Shown here: positions 8,886 through 17,010 of the stretch, piece by piece
Layout of the letters: each line of letters starts with the position of its first letter
How positions within the stretch are numbered: the first letter of the stretch is position 1
Origin: a virus
Lineage: Duplodnaviria > Heunggongvirae > Uroviricota > Caudoviricetes
IMG/VR virus record: IMGVR_UViG_3300028887_000068
Coordinates: 160,001 to 224,000 of that record
Length of the DNA: 64,000 bases
Reading direction: 5' to 3' (one strand)
Translations under genes and position numbers: made by a program
Notes under the pieces: generated by a model
What the model was told of the DNA's origin: nothing
The model's database searches: none
The model's input: the letters and a program-made list of their open reading frames with translations, nothing else

Positions 8886-10822
8886 TGACATTTAAGGAAT
8901 CTTACATCCAAACAGTTTGCAAGCTGTACAACACTCTGACGAACAGAGTGGCTCCACCAGAGTTTATCAAGGAAGTGGAAGCTCTGTATGATACAGCCAT
9001 TGTGAACACCAAGAGCCAGAATGAGCTTATCATTCACAACCCTGAAAAGCACACTGTGCAGGAAATCCAGACCGAAGAAGTGCTGGATATGGTGTACTCC
9101 GGTGATTATACCATGAGCGCTTACGGCGTATTGGTTGACTCCTATGCTCGTAATCCGTCTCCATTATCTGACTTCCTTATCTTCTTACAGGAAATGCGTA
9201 AGAAAGAAAAGAAGCTCAAGTTCGAGCATATTAACGACGTTGACAAGTTCATCATGCTTATCCATGACAAGATGCAGCTCTTGTTCAAGCTCGTTGGTAA
9301 CTCGGAGTACGGCGGTGCAGGTGAACGCAACTACATTCTCGGATCTCCGAATACCGGGCCGGGTACTACTTACAATGGTTTTGCTATCATTACATCTACG
9401 ATTTACTTCGTAGAATCCCTTATGGAAGGCAACTTTTGGTTCTTCTCTACTGACGACGCTCTCCGTTATATCGAGGAAGTCCGTCTTCACACTGAAAAGT
9501 ACCCTGAAACCATTGCTTCTTATGTCGATGAAATGATCGACAATTGGGAGATTGTCTATGACGAACTCTGCAAGCACATTGCAGAAGACGCAGATTTCTC
9601 CCACTTGACTCTCAAGGCAGCATTACAGAATCTCGATTCCGAAATGCTTACCAGAATCTTCTATACGAACAACATCTACAGATTTCTTGAACAGAAGGCT
9701 CAGATGGCTGTGCTGTCTAACACTTTCTCTACGTCATTCCGCGATCCTAACACACCGCCGGATGACATCAAGGAACAGATGACGACGATCAATGACAGAA
9801 TCCGCCAGTATGTGGCTCATCCATATATTCACTGGAACCGTGCCGAGATTGTGAAGAACCTCAAGAGAAAGAGTATTCTCGTAACTGACACTGACTCGGT
9901 ATTTTGCCTTCTTTATAATTTCATATTATTCTATGAGGATAAGTTCTACAAATCTGTCGAACAGGATGATGAAGCACGTATCTCTATAGCAATGATTGCC
10001 AACAATATTCTTGGGCAGCAATTACAGGCTATATTGGATGCTGTGACGGGAGGCCTGTCGGTGGATAAGAGATTGATGCCAAGAATCAACATGAAGAGTG
10101 AATTCCTCATGAAGAGATTGGCACTTACTCGCAACAAGAAGAACTATTCATCGATTACTCTTGTGCAAGAAGGAAAGGTGCTTACACCACCTGCTTTTGA
10201 TGTCAAGGGATTACCGATTAAGAAAAGCTCGACAAACAGAATTGCGAGAAATTATTTCTCTGACCTACTCGAGAACCAAATACTCAAACCGAAGGAAGTC
10301 AGTCCGAGGGAAGTACTTCAGGGTTACATGCGTTTTGAAAGAGAAGTGTATACTTCTTTGAAGGAACGCCGTGACACTGTGTATCTGACTCCTGGTAAGT
10401 ACACTTCGTGGGGTGCGTACAAGGATCCTACCAAGAATTCTACAGTACGTGCTGTAACGATGTGGAACACGCTCAATCCGAATGACAAGATACAAGACTA
10501 CTCGAGAGTGAATCTCATCCCGATAAGGGAAGTGAAGAACTCGGAAGGATTCGCATATCTTAAGGAAATAGATGAGCATCTTTACGAAAACGCCATCAGG
10601 ATATTTGAAGAGAATGCTCAGATGTTCCGGTCTTCTGGTGTGAAGGCGATTGCACTTCCTAAGAAGAAAAAATCGATCCCGGAATACCTCCTACCGTTGA
10701 TCGATACGGACAAAATAGTGGAGGCGAACTTGAAAAGTGCTTATACTATCATGGAAAGCATCGGCTTCGTGCTGTTGCCTAATGGTAACTCTAAACACTT
10801 CTCCTCGTTCGTAGACTTATAA
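8885..10822 (+). CDS. family B DNA polymerase, catalytic C-terminal subunit of a split jumbo-phage polymerase
   Basis: Motif B QLLFKLVGNSEYG, motif C TDTDS, KKNY, DVKGL; no exonuclease or motif A recognisable. Confidence 0.85.
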   Translation: MTFKESYIQTVCKLYNTLTNRVAPPEFIKEVEALYDTAIVNTKSQNELIIHNPEKHTVQEIQTEEVLDMVYSGDYTMSAYGVLVDSYARNPSPLSDFLIFLQEMRKKEKKLKFEHINDVDKFIMLIHDKMQLLFKLVGNSEYGGAGERNYILGSPNTGPGTTYNGFAIITSTIYFVESLMEGNFWFFSTDDALRYIEEVRLHTEKYPETIASYVDEMIDNWEIVYDELCKHIAEDADFSHLTLKAALQNLDSEMLTRIFYTNNIYRFLEQKAQMAVLSNTFSTSFRDPNTPPDDIKEQMTTINDRIRQYVAHPYIHWNRAEIVKNLKRKSILVTDTDSVFCLLYNFILFYEDKFYKSVEQDDEARISIAMIANNILGQQLQAILDAVTGGLSVDKRLMPRINMKSEFLMKRLALTRNKKNYSSITLVQEGKVLTPPAFDVKGLPIKKSSTNRIARNYFSDLLENQILKPKEVSPREVLQGYMRFEREVYTSLKERRDTVYLTPGKYTSWGAYKDPTKNSTVRAVTMWNTLNPNDKIQDYSRVNLIPIREVKNSEGFAYLKEIDEHLYENAIRIFEENAQMFRSSGVKAIALPKKKKSIPEYLLPLIDTDKIVEANLKSAYTIMESIGFVLLPNGNSKHFSSFVDL

Positions 10823-10840
10823 AGAAGGAAAAACACAACA

Positions 10841-11599
10841 ATGGCATACAATAACAAGCCCAACAACAATTTCGGCAAAAGCAACAACAATGGCAATAAC
10901 GCAGGACGCGAAAAGGAATACTTCCGTTCTGCTGCTCTCTTCTGCCATGACTCCAATCTTACAATCGGGGTTATGACAAGCATGTACGGTGAAATGTCCG
11001 CATTCCTCCGTCTTGCTCGCCGTCTTCCGGATGCTCCGGCGGAAGCGAAGAAGGGTGATAAGATCTACGACCATAACAATGAAGTCTTCATTGCATTGGG
11101 CGTGAATCAGGCTATTCGTCTTCAGGCCGAAATCAACTATCTCGAAGCGTCTGAAAAGTCGCAGAGAGCAGTGTTCATGCTTGGTATTTGGAAGTTGGAA
11201 TTCATCAAGGGCGAATACCTTGAACATCCGATCAAGAATGCTATCTTCATGAGCATTGAAAACACGGATACAAAGCAGCGCGATGCGTTCGTGTTCGAAA
11301 ACAAACCGATTTCTTTGGACAACATCGAAGGACAGCAGGAAGGATTCATTTTCATCCAAGATTTTGAAATCTTCAAGCAGTGGCTTCAGGCCGTCATCCC
11401 GGAAATGTTCAAGCCTCATAAGATGTCGTTTGCTCGTATGGGCCAGCCCACTGGACAGGGTGCTAGAACGTCTGCAGCCGGAAATCATTTCAAGCAGCGT
11501 CCGTCCAACTCTAACCAAACTTCTCAGGAGACACAGCAGGAAGCTTCTAACCCGCAGGACTACGTTCCGCAGGGCGAAGATCAAGACTTGCCGTTCTAA
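10841..11599 (+). CDS. putative single-stranded DNA-binding protein
   Basis: Directly after polymerase; Q/S/N-rich disordered tail ending EDQDLPF, an SSB-type acidic tip. Confidence 0.6.
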   Translation: MAYNNKPNNNFGKSNNNGNNAGREKEYFRSAALFCHDSNLTIGVMTSMYGEMSAFLRLARRLPDAPAEAKKGDKIYDHNNEVFIALGVNQAIRLQAEINYLEASEKSQRAVFMLGIWKLEFIKGEYLEHPIKNAIFMSIENTDTKQRDAFVFENKPISLDNIEGQQEGFIFIQDFEIFKQWLQAVIPEMFKPHKMSFARMGQPTGQGARTSAAGNHFKQRPSNSNQTSQETQQEASNPQDYVPQGEDQDLPF

Positions 11600-11613
11600 G
11601 TTTGATTAAAAGA

Positions 11614-11650
11614 TCCCCTTGGAGTAATCCAAGGGGGTTTTTATTTTTTT
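11614..11650. terminator. bidirectional terminator
   Basis: ccccttgga-gtaa-tccaagggg + T-tract. Confidence 0.85.
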
Positions 11651-13130
11651 AGTATGTGAGCGTGTACAGAGCTTGTACTGGCTCAGAACCGATCTTTCTG
11701 GATACGCCACCAGTAAGGTCAGTTATATTTTTTGGTGAGTAGATGTACTTCTCGATCTCGGCATTAGCTTCCTTCGTGAAGAGCATCTTGATAACGACGG
11801 TATCGCCATCGAAGTCAGCATCCATAGCCTTAAGGACAGCCGGATGAAGCTGTGCTGTATCATTCCATTTCACCGGGGTCACAGAAAAATCCGGATAGAA
11901 CGGATCATCACCGATCTTCGTAGTGGCCTCGGTTGTGATAATCACCGGACGATGGCAAGATACGTTACGGTAGTCTTCAAGCGGATAACGAGTGACCAGC
12001 ACATGCTTGTCCTTGATTGCTTCCTTAGTGATATAATAAAGGATGTCGGTATTGTTGATAGGTCTACCGAGCTCACCGAAGAAGCCGAAGTCCTTGAAGT
12101 CTAGCGGTTTGCCATCGCTCTTGAGGATGAAGAACGGCTCTGTACGGAACTCTCTGGTACGGGCGTAGTTGGCTATAAAACGCTCTGCGTAGTCCGTGGA
12201 GAGCGACTCAAAGGCAACCTGAGTGTACTTCCCGTGGCTCTCTTCGACCAGATAGTAGTCCTCTCCAAGCTCGTTGAAGAGCGCCTTGAACTCGTAGGAA
12301 ACGAACGGAAGAGCAAGAGCAGCCATCTGGTATAGAGGAATACCGACTTCTTCGAACTTGATCATCGTATCTTTGTATGTCGGAGCTGCTGCAATGTGTT
12401 CAGCTGAGATAACAGCACGAGTAGTGTAGTCGATGTTCTTACCAAGCATTGTAGCATGGATGAGGCCATTCTTCTTAGCGATCTTGCCGATGAAGTAATC
12501 CATGATCTGAACGAGCTGTTCTTGGATCTTGCCTTCAAGAGCATAGGTAGTGAAGAATCCGCCTTCATTCTTGAGTGACTGGCATTTAGAGATCAAACCA
12601 ACATACATATCACCAATCTCATCGATGGAGATACGAGAGAGTTCCTTGGTGAAGTTTATGTCATAATAGAAAGCCGGAACAGTAATCCACTTAGTACAGA
12701 AGATTTCATTGCGCTTATAGAGCTTCAGGAGCTCAATACGGTTAGAACGAGAACGGTTGTTACGGTCATCGAACTTGATCTTATCCCAGTTCGAATAGAG
12801 CCATTCAATTCCGGTGCCACCTTTTTCGTCTTCAAGGAGTTCACCCCTTGAAGATACGGAAAAGTTTTTGGCTCCAGTAACAATAGCAGAAGCTTGAGAA
12901 CAAATTCGGCTGAATTCTTTATACGCCAATGGGTGCATAAAGTGTCTTCCGAGATCGATGTAGGCGTACTGAAGCTTACGTCTCTTGGAACCCGGTCTGC
13001 CATAGATCTTATAAGAGAAGATACCGTCATCCGTCGGTGTCTTATCGGCATTGATGTATACCGGATTAGACACTTCGGGAAGCTTATTCTTCTCGATGAT
13101 GGCATCGATATCTGCTATTTCAATCTTCAT
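11649..13130 (-). CDS. RNA polymerase beta' N-terminal/catalytic subunit (probably virion RNAP)
   Basis: DGIFS.KIYG, AYIDL..HP, MLGKNIDYTTRAVIS, RYP, catalytic HP...MDADFDGD. Confidence 0.9.
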   Translation of the reverse strand: MKIEIADIDAIIEKNKLPEVSNPVYINADKTPTDDGIFSYKIYGRPGSKRRKLQYAYIDLGRHFMHPLAYKEFSRICSQASAIVTGAKNFSVSSRGELLEDEKGGTGIEWLYSNWDKIKFDDRNNRSRSNRIELLKLYKRNEIFCTKWITVPAFYYDINFTKELSRISIDEIGDMYVGLISKCQSLKNEGGFFTTYALEGKIQEQLVQIMDYFIGKIAKKNGLIHATMLGKNIDYTTRAVISAEHIAAAPTYKDTMIKFEEVGIPLYQMAALALPFVSYEFKALFNELGEDYYLVEESHGKYTQVAFESLSTDYAERFIANYARTREFRTEPFFILKSDGKPLDFKDFGFFGELGRPINNTDILYYITKEAIKDKHVLVTRYPLEDYRNVSCHRPVIITTEATTKIGDDPFYPDFSVTPVKWNDTAQLHPAVLKAMDADFDGDTVVIKMLFTKEANAEIEKYIYSPKNITDLTGGVSRKIGSEPVQALYTLTY

Positions 13131-13143
13131 AATTACCTCTTTT

Positions 13144-13156
13144 CTATTGAAGAGTT
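13144..13156 (-). promoter_or_regulatory. AACT-class promoter (AACTcttcAATAG)
   Basis: Immediately upstream of RBS of RNAP beta' N gene. Confidence 0.65.
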
Positions 13157-13815
13157 CACCACTTTGGGAGGAAGCTCTTTATAGTAAGCTTGGAATCCTG
13201 AAGATTCTGTGCATATCCTTCCATGATAGCTTTGTTGTAGCCAAACTCAGGGAAGGCAATGTACTTGGACTGATTCTTAAAGCGTTCAGCCACGTCAAGC
13301 AAGCACATTGGATTGTCGTCAACAAATGTATCGAAGTCTGGGAAGTTCTTCTCGATGTAAGCACCCTTGGACTCCTTGAGAGGGAGTTCAACATACTCGT
13401 AATCGAGCATACCAAAATTCTTTTTTACCCACTTCTCCTTGGACTGGTTGCAGAGACCGTCAATGACATGGGTAAGGAAGATGAGCTTATTACCAACACC
13501 TCCGGAGATAAGCGAAGCACCGAAGCTAGACAACGGAAGATCATCATAGAACTGACCGTTCTCCGTATAAGACTTGTAGAAGAGGTCTGCTACAGTATCG
13601 CTGATACCGAGGAACTTGATAAGATCGTAGAATGGTCTGGAAAAGACTTCGGAGAAGAAGAGATTGTGGTCATAGGTGCTTTCAAGAGCGATGTTGAGTC
13701 TCTCAGTACGCTTCATGATAGCAGGGTGTTGCATAGCCGACAGAATCCACTTCGGGGCCATATACACAATTGTATCGTCAATGTCGATGATTTGGATCTT
13801 GGGTTTCTTTATCAT
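13156..13815 (-). CDS. HAD-family 5'(3')-deoxyribonucleotidase-like protein
   Basis: IDIDDT motif I, FLT, K..W, FVDDNP, GYNK. Confidence 0.75.
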   Translation of the reverse strand: MIKKPKIQIIDIDDTIVYMAPKWILSAMQHPAIMKRTERLNIALESTYDHNLFFSEVFSRPFYDLIKFLGISDTVADLFYKSYTENGQFYDDLPLSSFGASLISGGVGNKLIFLTHVIDGLCNQSKEKWVKKNFGMLDYEYVELPLKESKGAYIEKNFPDFDTFVDDNPMCLLDVAERFKNQSKYIAFPEFGYNKAIMEGYAQNLQDSKLTIKSFLPKW

Positions 13816-13827
13816 GGTCTACTCCTT

Positions 13828-13840
13828 TCAATTTTTAGTT
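13828..13840 (-). promoter_or_regulatory. AACT-class promoter (AACTaaaaATTGA)
   Basis: Adjacent to AAGGAG RBS. Confidence 0.65.
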
Positions 13841-13855
13841 CAGAATATTCCACAA

Positions 13856-13893
13856 TAAAAATGATCTCTCCACGAATGGAGAGATCAAAAAAA
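13856..13893 (-). terminator. intrinsic terminator
   Basis: tgatctctcca-cgaa-tggagagatca flanked by A-tracts. Confidence 0.8.
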
Positions 13894-14412
13894 TTAACCT
13901 TGAGACGCAAGAATCTGCTTGATCAACCACGGCTTACCATAGCGGAGCGGACGCTTCACATCAGGAGCAATGGCTTTAAGGTAGTCGTCGAGTTCTTCAA
14001 CCGTCTTAGATTCCAGAGTGGCTTTGTCAAGCTTTTCCGGAGTCGTCACGGTATCAACGACAGCTTCAGCAGGAGCTTCAGGTTCTTTGACAGGTTCAGT
14101 ATTGGCTACAGGTTCTGGTGTAGCTTCAACTTGCACTGGTGTTACTGGTGTTTCTGCGGGTTTAGCAGTTTCAGTGGCAATCTTTTCAGCAGCGATGACG
14201 GATTCCTCTACCTTCGTAGCAGGTTTCCTTTCAACCTTCTGAGAGACGTTCTGTACAACAACCTTTGGCTTAACCTTGACACCAGTGATTACCACCGGAT
14301 AACCCAAGGCACAGACGGTCTTGTACAACTGGTCACTGATCTGTTTATTGGTGAATGGCCCTTTACCAATACCCGGAATCACTCCAGTGTAATTTGTAGA
14401 TACAACTTTCAT
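13894..14412 (-). CDS. protein with P/E/A/T-rich linker and C-terminal Rho-N/HeH-like helical module
   Basis: LESKTVEEL..YL.......K..LIKQIL pattern at C-terminus. Confidence 0.55.
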   Translation of the reverse strand: MKVVSTNYTGVIPGIGKGPFTNKQISDQLYKTVCALGYPVVITGVKVKPKVVVQNVSQKVERKPATKVEESVIAAEKIATETAKPAETPVTPVQVEATPEPVANTEPVKEPEAPAEAVVDTVTTPEKLDKATLESKTVEELDDYLKAIAPDVKRPLRYGKPWLIKQILASQG

Positions 14413-14437
14413 AAGATACTCCTTTGGTTATACTGAA

Positions 14438-15145
14438 TTAGTCATCGAGGAAGCCGAAGAGGGCAGATTCGTACTTGAGGTCGTCATCAGCACCGTCGCC
14501 GTCACCGAGACCCACGACTTCTTCGTCGCTGTCCTTGCCTTTCTTCTTGTTTTCATCATCGTCGTCACCCGTTTCATCCGGATTCTTGGCATCATCTTCC
14601 GGATCGGCAGCAGCCGGAGCAGCAGCGATTTCATCATTGAAGACATCGTAGAATTCTTCAGAGGATGCAAAGGCTTCGTCTACTTCATCAAACTTGAAGC
14701 ATTCATCGCCGTCCTTGACATTCTTGGAAGCGTTGTCAGACTTGTCGTCCTTATCGTCATCCTTCTTGTCATCATCTTTCTTATCATCCTTGTCGTCGTC
14801 GCCCTTCTTGTCTTCGTCATCGTCTTTCTTATCATCCTTGTCGTCGTCATCTTTCTTCTTGTCGTCCTTATCCCCGTCACCCTTGTCGAGATCAGAGATA
14901 TCGGCCTTAGCACCGTTCTTGGCATCGTCTTCGATGTCATCGTCAGCGTCTGCGAGGAAAGCCTGTTCGTCGAAGTTGAAGTTTTCGAAAGCGAGAGACT
15001 GGCAAGACTTGCCACATTCTTCAGCGTTTTCCGGATCCTTTTCTTTATCCTTGTCCTTATTTTCTTCTTCATTGAAGAGGTGCATAAGGTCGAGGTCGTT
15101 GTGTTCTTCAGAAGCGAAGATATCGTCAATACTGTTGACTGCCAT
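14438..15145 (-). CDS. highly acidic low-complexity late protein (possible prohead core/scaffold)
   Basis: D/K repeat tract; AAGGAG RBS; perfect late motif upstream. Confidence 0.7.
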   Translation of the reverse strand: MAVNSIDDIFASEEHNDLDLMHLFNEEENKDKDKEKDPENAEECGKSCQSLAFENFNFDEQAFLADADDDIEDDAKNGAKADISDLDKGDGDKDDKKKDDDDKDDKKDDDEDKKGDDDKDDKKDDDKKDDDKDDKSDNASKNVKDGDECFKFDEVDEAFASSEEFYDVFNDEIAAAPAAADPEDDAKNPDETGDDDDENKKKGKDSDEEVVGLGDGDGADDDLKYESALFGFLDD

Positions 15146-15171
15146 AATAATCTCCTTGTAAGATTTTTACT

Positions 15172-15184
15172 TCATTGAGAAGTT
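15172..15184 (-). promoter_or_regulatory. AACT-class promoter (AACTtctcAATGA)
   Basis: Consensus match downstream of terminator 15201-15240. Confidence 0.75.
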
Positions 15185-15200
15185 AGGATGAATCTAGAAT

Positions 15201-15247
15201 AAGTTGAAATTTCCCCGTGCAATTTGGAGAAATTTCAACTTTTATTT
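15201..15247. terminator. terminator hairpin
   Basis: aagttgaaattt.cc...gg.gaaatttcaactt inverted repeat. Confidence 0.7.
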
Positions 15248-16500
15248 TAACTCTTATAGTCGAATGTATCGAGAATATTTTCACGCAGATTCTTCAGGAT
15301 GAAGATAGCTGCCGGGAGATAGTAGTAGTCCGTAATCAGACCACACGGGTTGATTCTCTCCAATAGCGGAACAATCTGGTCGATATCTCTCTTCTCATTG
15401 AACCAGAACTTGATAAGCTCGCCGTATCCGGATGCGTCAAGGACATCAAACTTGATGGTATCCGTCTGGTCTCTAAGATACTCCCAAAGATTACCGAATA
15501 CACGCTGATACCCGAACATACAAGGATTGACAGTCTCAGAAGCACAATACTTGGCTCCACGGACAAAGACATCCCTCAAGTGCCTGCCCGGTACTTCTTC
15601 ACGGTAAGGTACAATCATGTAGATACCGAGATATGGCCCCATGTGCCAGAAGTTATGATGCTCTAATGCCCACCAAAGACTGTGCGTATAGAACCTGTAC
15701 AGTTCATCGTAGTCTCTTACATCAATCTTCAGAGGAACACGGTCTCTACGGAAGCTGAAGTTACGATAGAAGACATTTTCCTTAGATGCAAAGTAGTGGA
15801 GAGCTTCATCCCAGAGGAGATAAGTTCCTTCCATCACAGGGAACATGTAGCAATCAGTGCGCTGATCGTAGAACATTTCCACTTCGTCCACAAGGAAGTC
15901 AAGCTTAGCTTCAATAGCAGCACAGATGTCTGCTTTAGAATCTTCCACAATGGCTGTCTTGTTTACAGAATGGGAAGATGCAATCACACGGAAGACACGA
16001 GCAACCTGCTTGTCAATATCACCAGTACCGGAGTATACCTGATACAAGTAATAAGTGATCTCATAGAAGGATTGACCCTTGATGTTGGATCTCTTCACAT
16101 GGTTCACACGGAAGATAGCCTTCTTATGACCATACCAAGGAATAGTGAAACAGTCGTCTTCTCTCGGCATTAGAGAACCCGGAGATACAATGGCAGTACC
16201 TTCCACCTGTGCTTCTGTACCCGCTTCGTCAGAGTCCTCTGGGTCTACATCAAGGTTACTTGCTTTGTGAAGCGGAAGATCCTTAATAAGATTGAAGACC
16301 ACCGGAGAATCATCACCGACAATCTCTTGAACCGTGCCGAGGTTCACATCATGAGTACTTTCGGCATGGCTCTTACTGTAGTAATTCACTAATAGCGGGA
16401 GGTCATTAAAGTATACCTTATAGGTATCAAGAGACGCTTTAAGATGAGCTCTTTGGGTCTCGACAAAGTTCTTGTCATTCGCAACTATTCTTGCCATCAC
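15247..16500 (-). CDS. neck/head-closure protein, T4 gp14-like N-domain with C-terminal extension
   Basis: IVGDDSP..FN and PREDDCF.IP...IFRVNHV resemble gp14 FGED..F and PKEGDLIYFP...LFEI. Confidence 0.55.
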   Translation of the reverse strand: MMARIVANDKNFVETQRAHLKASLDTYKVYFNDLPLLVNYYSKSHAESTHDVNLGTVQEIVGDDSPVVFNLIKDLPLHKASNLDVDPEDSDEAGTEAQVEGTAIVSPGSLMPREDDCFTIPWYGHKKAIFRVNHVKRSNIKGQSFYEITYYLYQVYSGTGDIDKQVARVFRVIASSHSVNKTAIVEDSKADICAAIEAKLDFLVDEVEMFYDQRTDCYMFPVMEGTYLLWDEALHYFASKENVFYRNFSFRRDRVPLKIDVRDYDELYRFYTHSLWWALEHHNFWHMGPYLGIYMIVPYREEVPGRHLRDVFVRGAKYCASETVNPCMFGYQRVFGNLWEYLRDQTDTIKFDVLDASGYGELIKFWFNEKRDIDQIVPLLERINPCGLITDYYYLPAAIFILKNLRENILDTFDYKS

Positions 16501-16946
16501 TTACCTCCGGCTTTCTTTACTGGTTTGGCGTTCTTGTTGATAATCTTGAAAGCTTGTCCATAGATAGACTTTGTCTTGTACTTTTCATCAATCACAAAGT
16601 CATAGTCAACCTTGCCTCTGTCTTTCTTGGGAGTGTTAATCATCGCATAACAAGCTTCCATTTTCCACTTTACGCTGTTCACAGCATCATAGGCAGGAGT
16701 AAACATGTGGTCATGTCTGTTTTTGTATGCCGTAAGAAGCTTAGCATACTGGTCTTTCAGCCACTTGTCGTCATCCTTATGTTCCTTAAGAGACTTGAAG
16801 AACATCTTGCAACCAAGCCATGTACTGAAATTCCAAAATCCATAGTACAATCCTATCACTACCCCTGAGAGGACGTCAGTACCAATCATCGTTGTGGAAT
16901 TGTAACTGAAGTCTAAGTCTTCGGGTTTCAACAACTTTTCCGCCAT
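16497..16946 (-). CDS. hypothetical late protein with hydrophobic segment
   Basis: GAGG RBS; promoter at 16955-16967. Confidence 0.7.
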   Translation of the reverse strand: MAEKLLKPEDLDFSYNSTTMIGTDVLSGVVIGLYYGFWNFSTWLGCKMFFKSLKEHKDDDKWLKDQYAKLLTAYKNRHDHMFTPAYDAVNSVKWKMEACYAMINTPKKDRGKVDYDFVIDEKYKTKSIYGQAFKIINKNAKPVKKAGGK

Positions 16947-16954
16947 ATATTACC

Positions 16955-16967
16955 TCATTCATGAGTT
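16955..16967 (-). promoter_or_regulatory. AACT-class promoter (AACTcatgAATGA)
   Basis: Consensus match overlapping RBS, after terminator. Confidence 0.75.
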
Positions 16968-16972
16968 TTTAC

Positions 16973-17008
16973 AAAAAAAGAAGTGCGTATCGAGCGATAC
17001 GCACTTTT
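16973..17008 (-). terminator. intrinsic terminator
   Basis: aagtgcgtatcg-ag-cgatacgcactt with A-tract. Confidence 0.8.
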
Positions 17009-17010
17009 CA

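Noticed and set aside
14740-14880. Tandem tcgtc/ttc-type short repeats resembling an array
   Set aside because: Degenerate codon repeats of the D/K protein tract; no constant repeat-spacer structure, so not CRISPR
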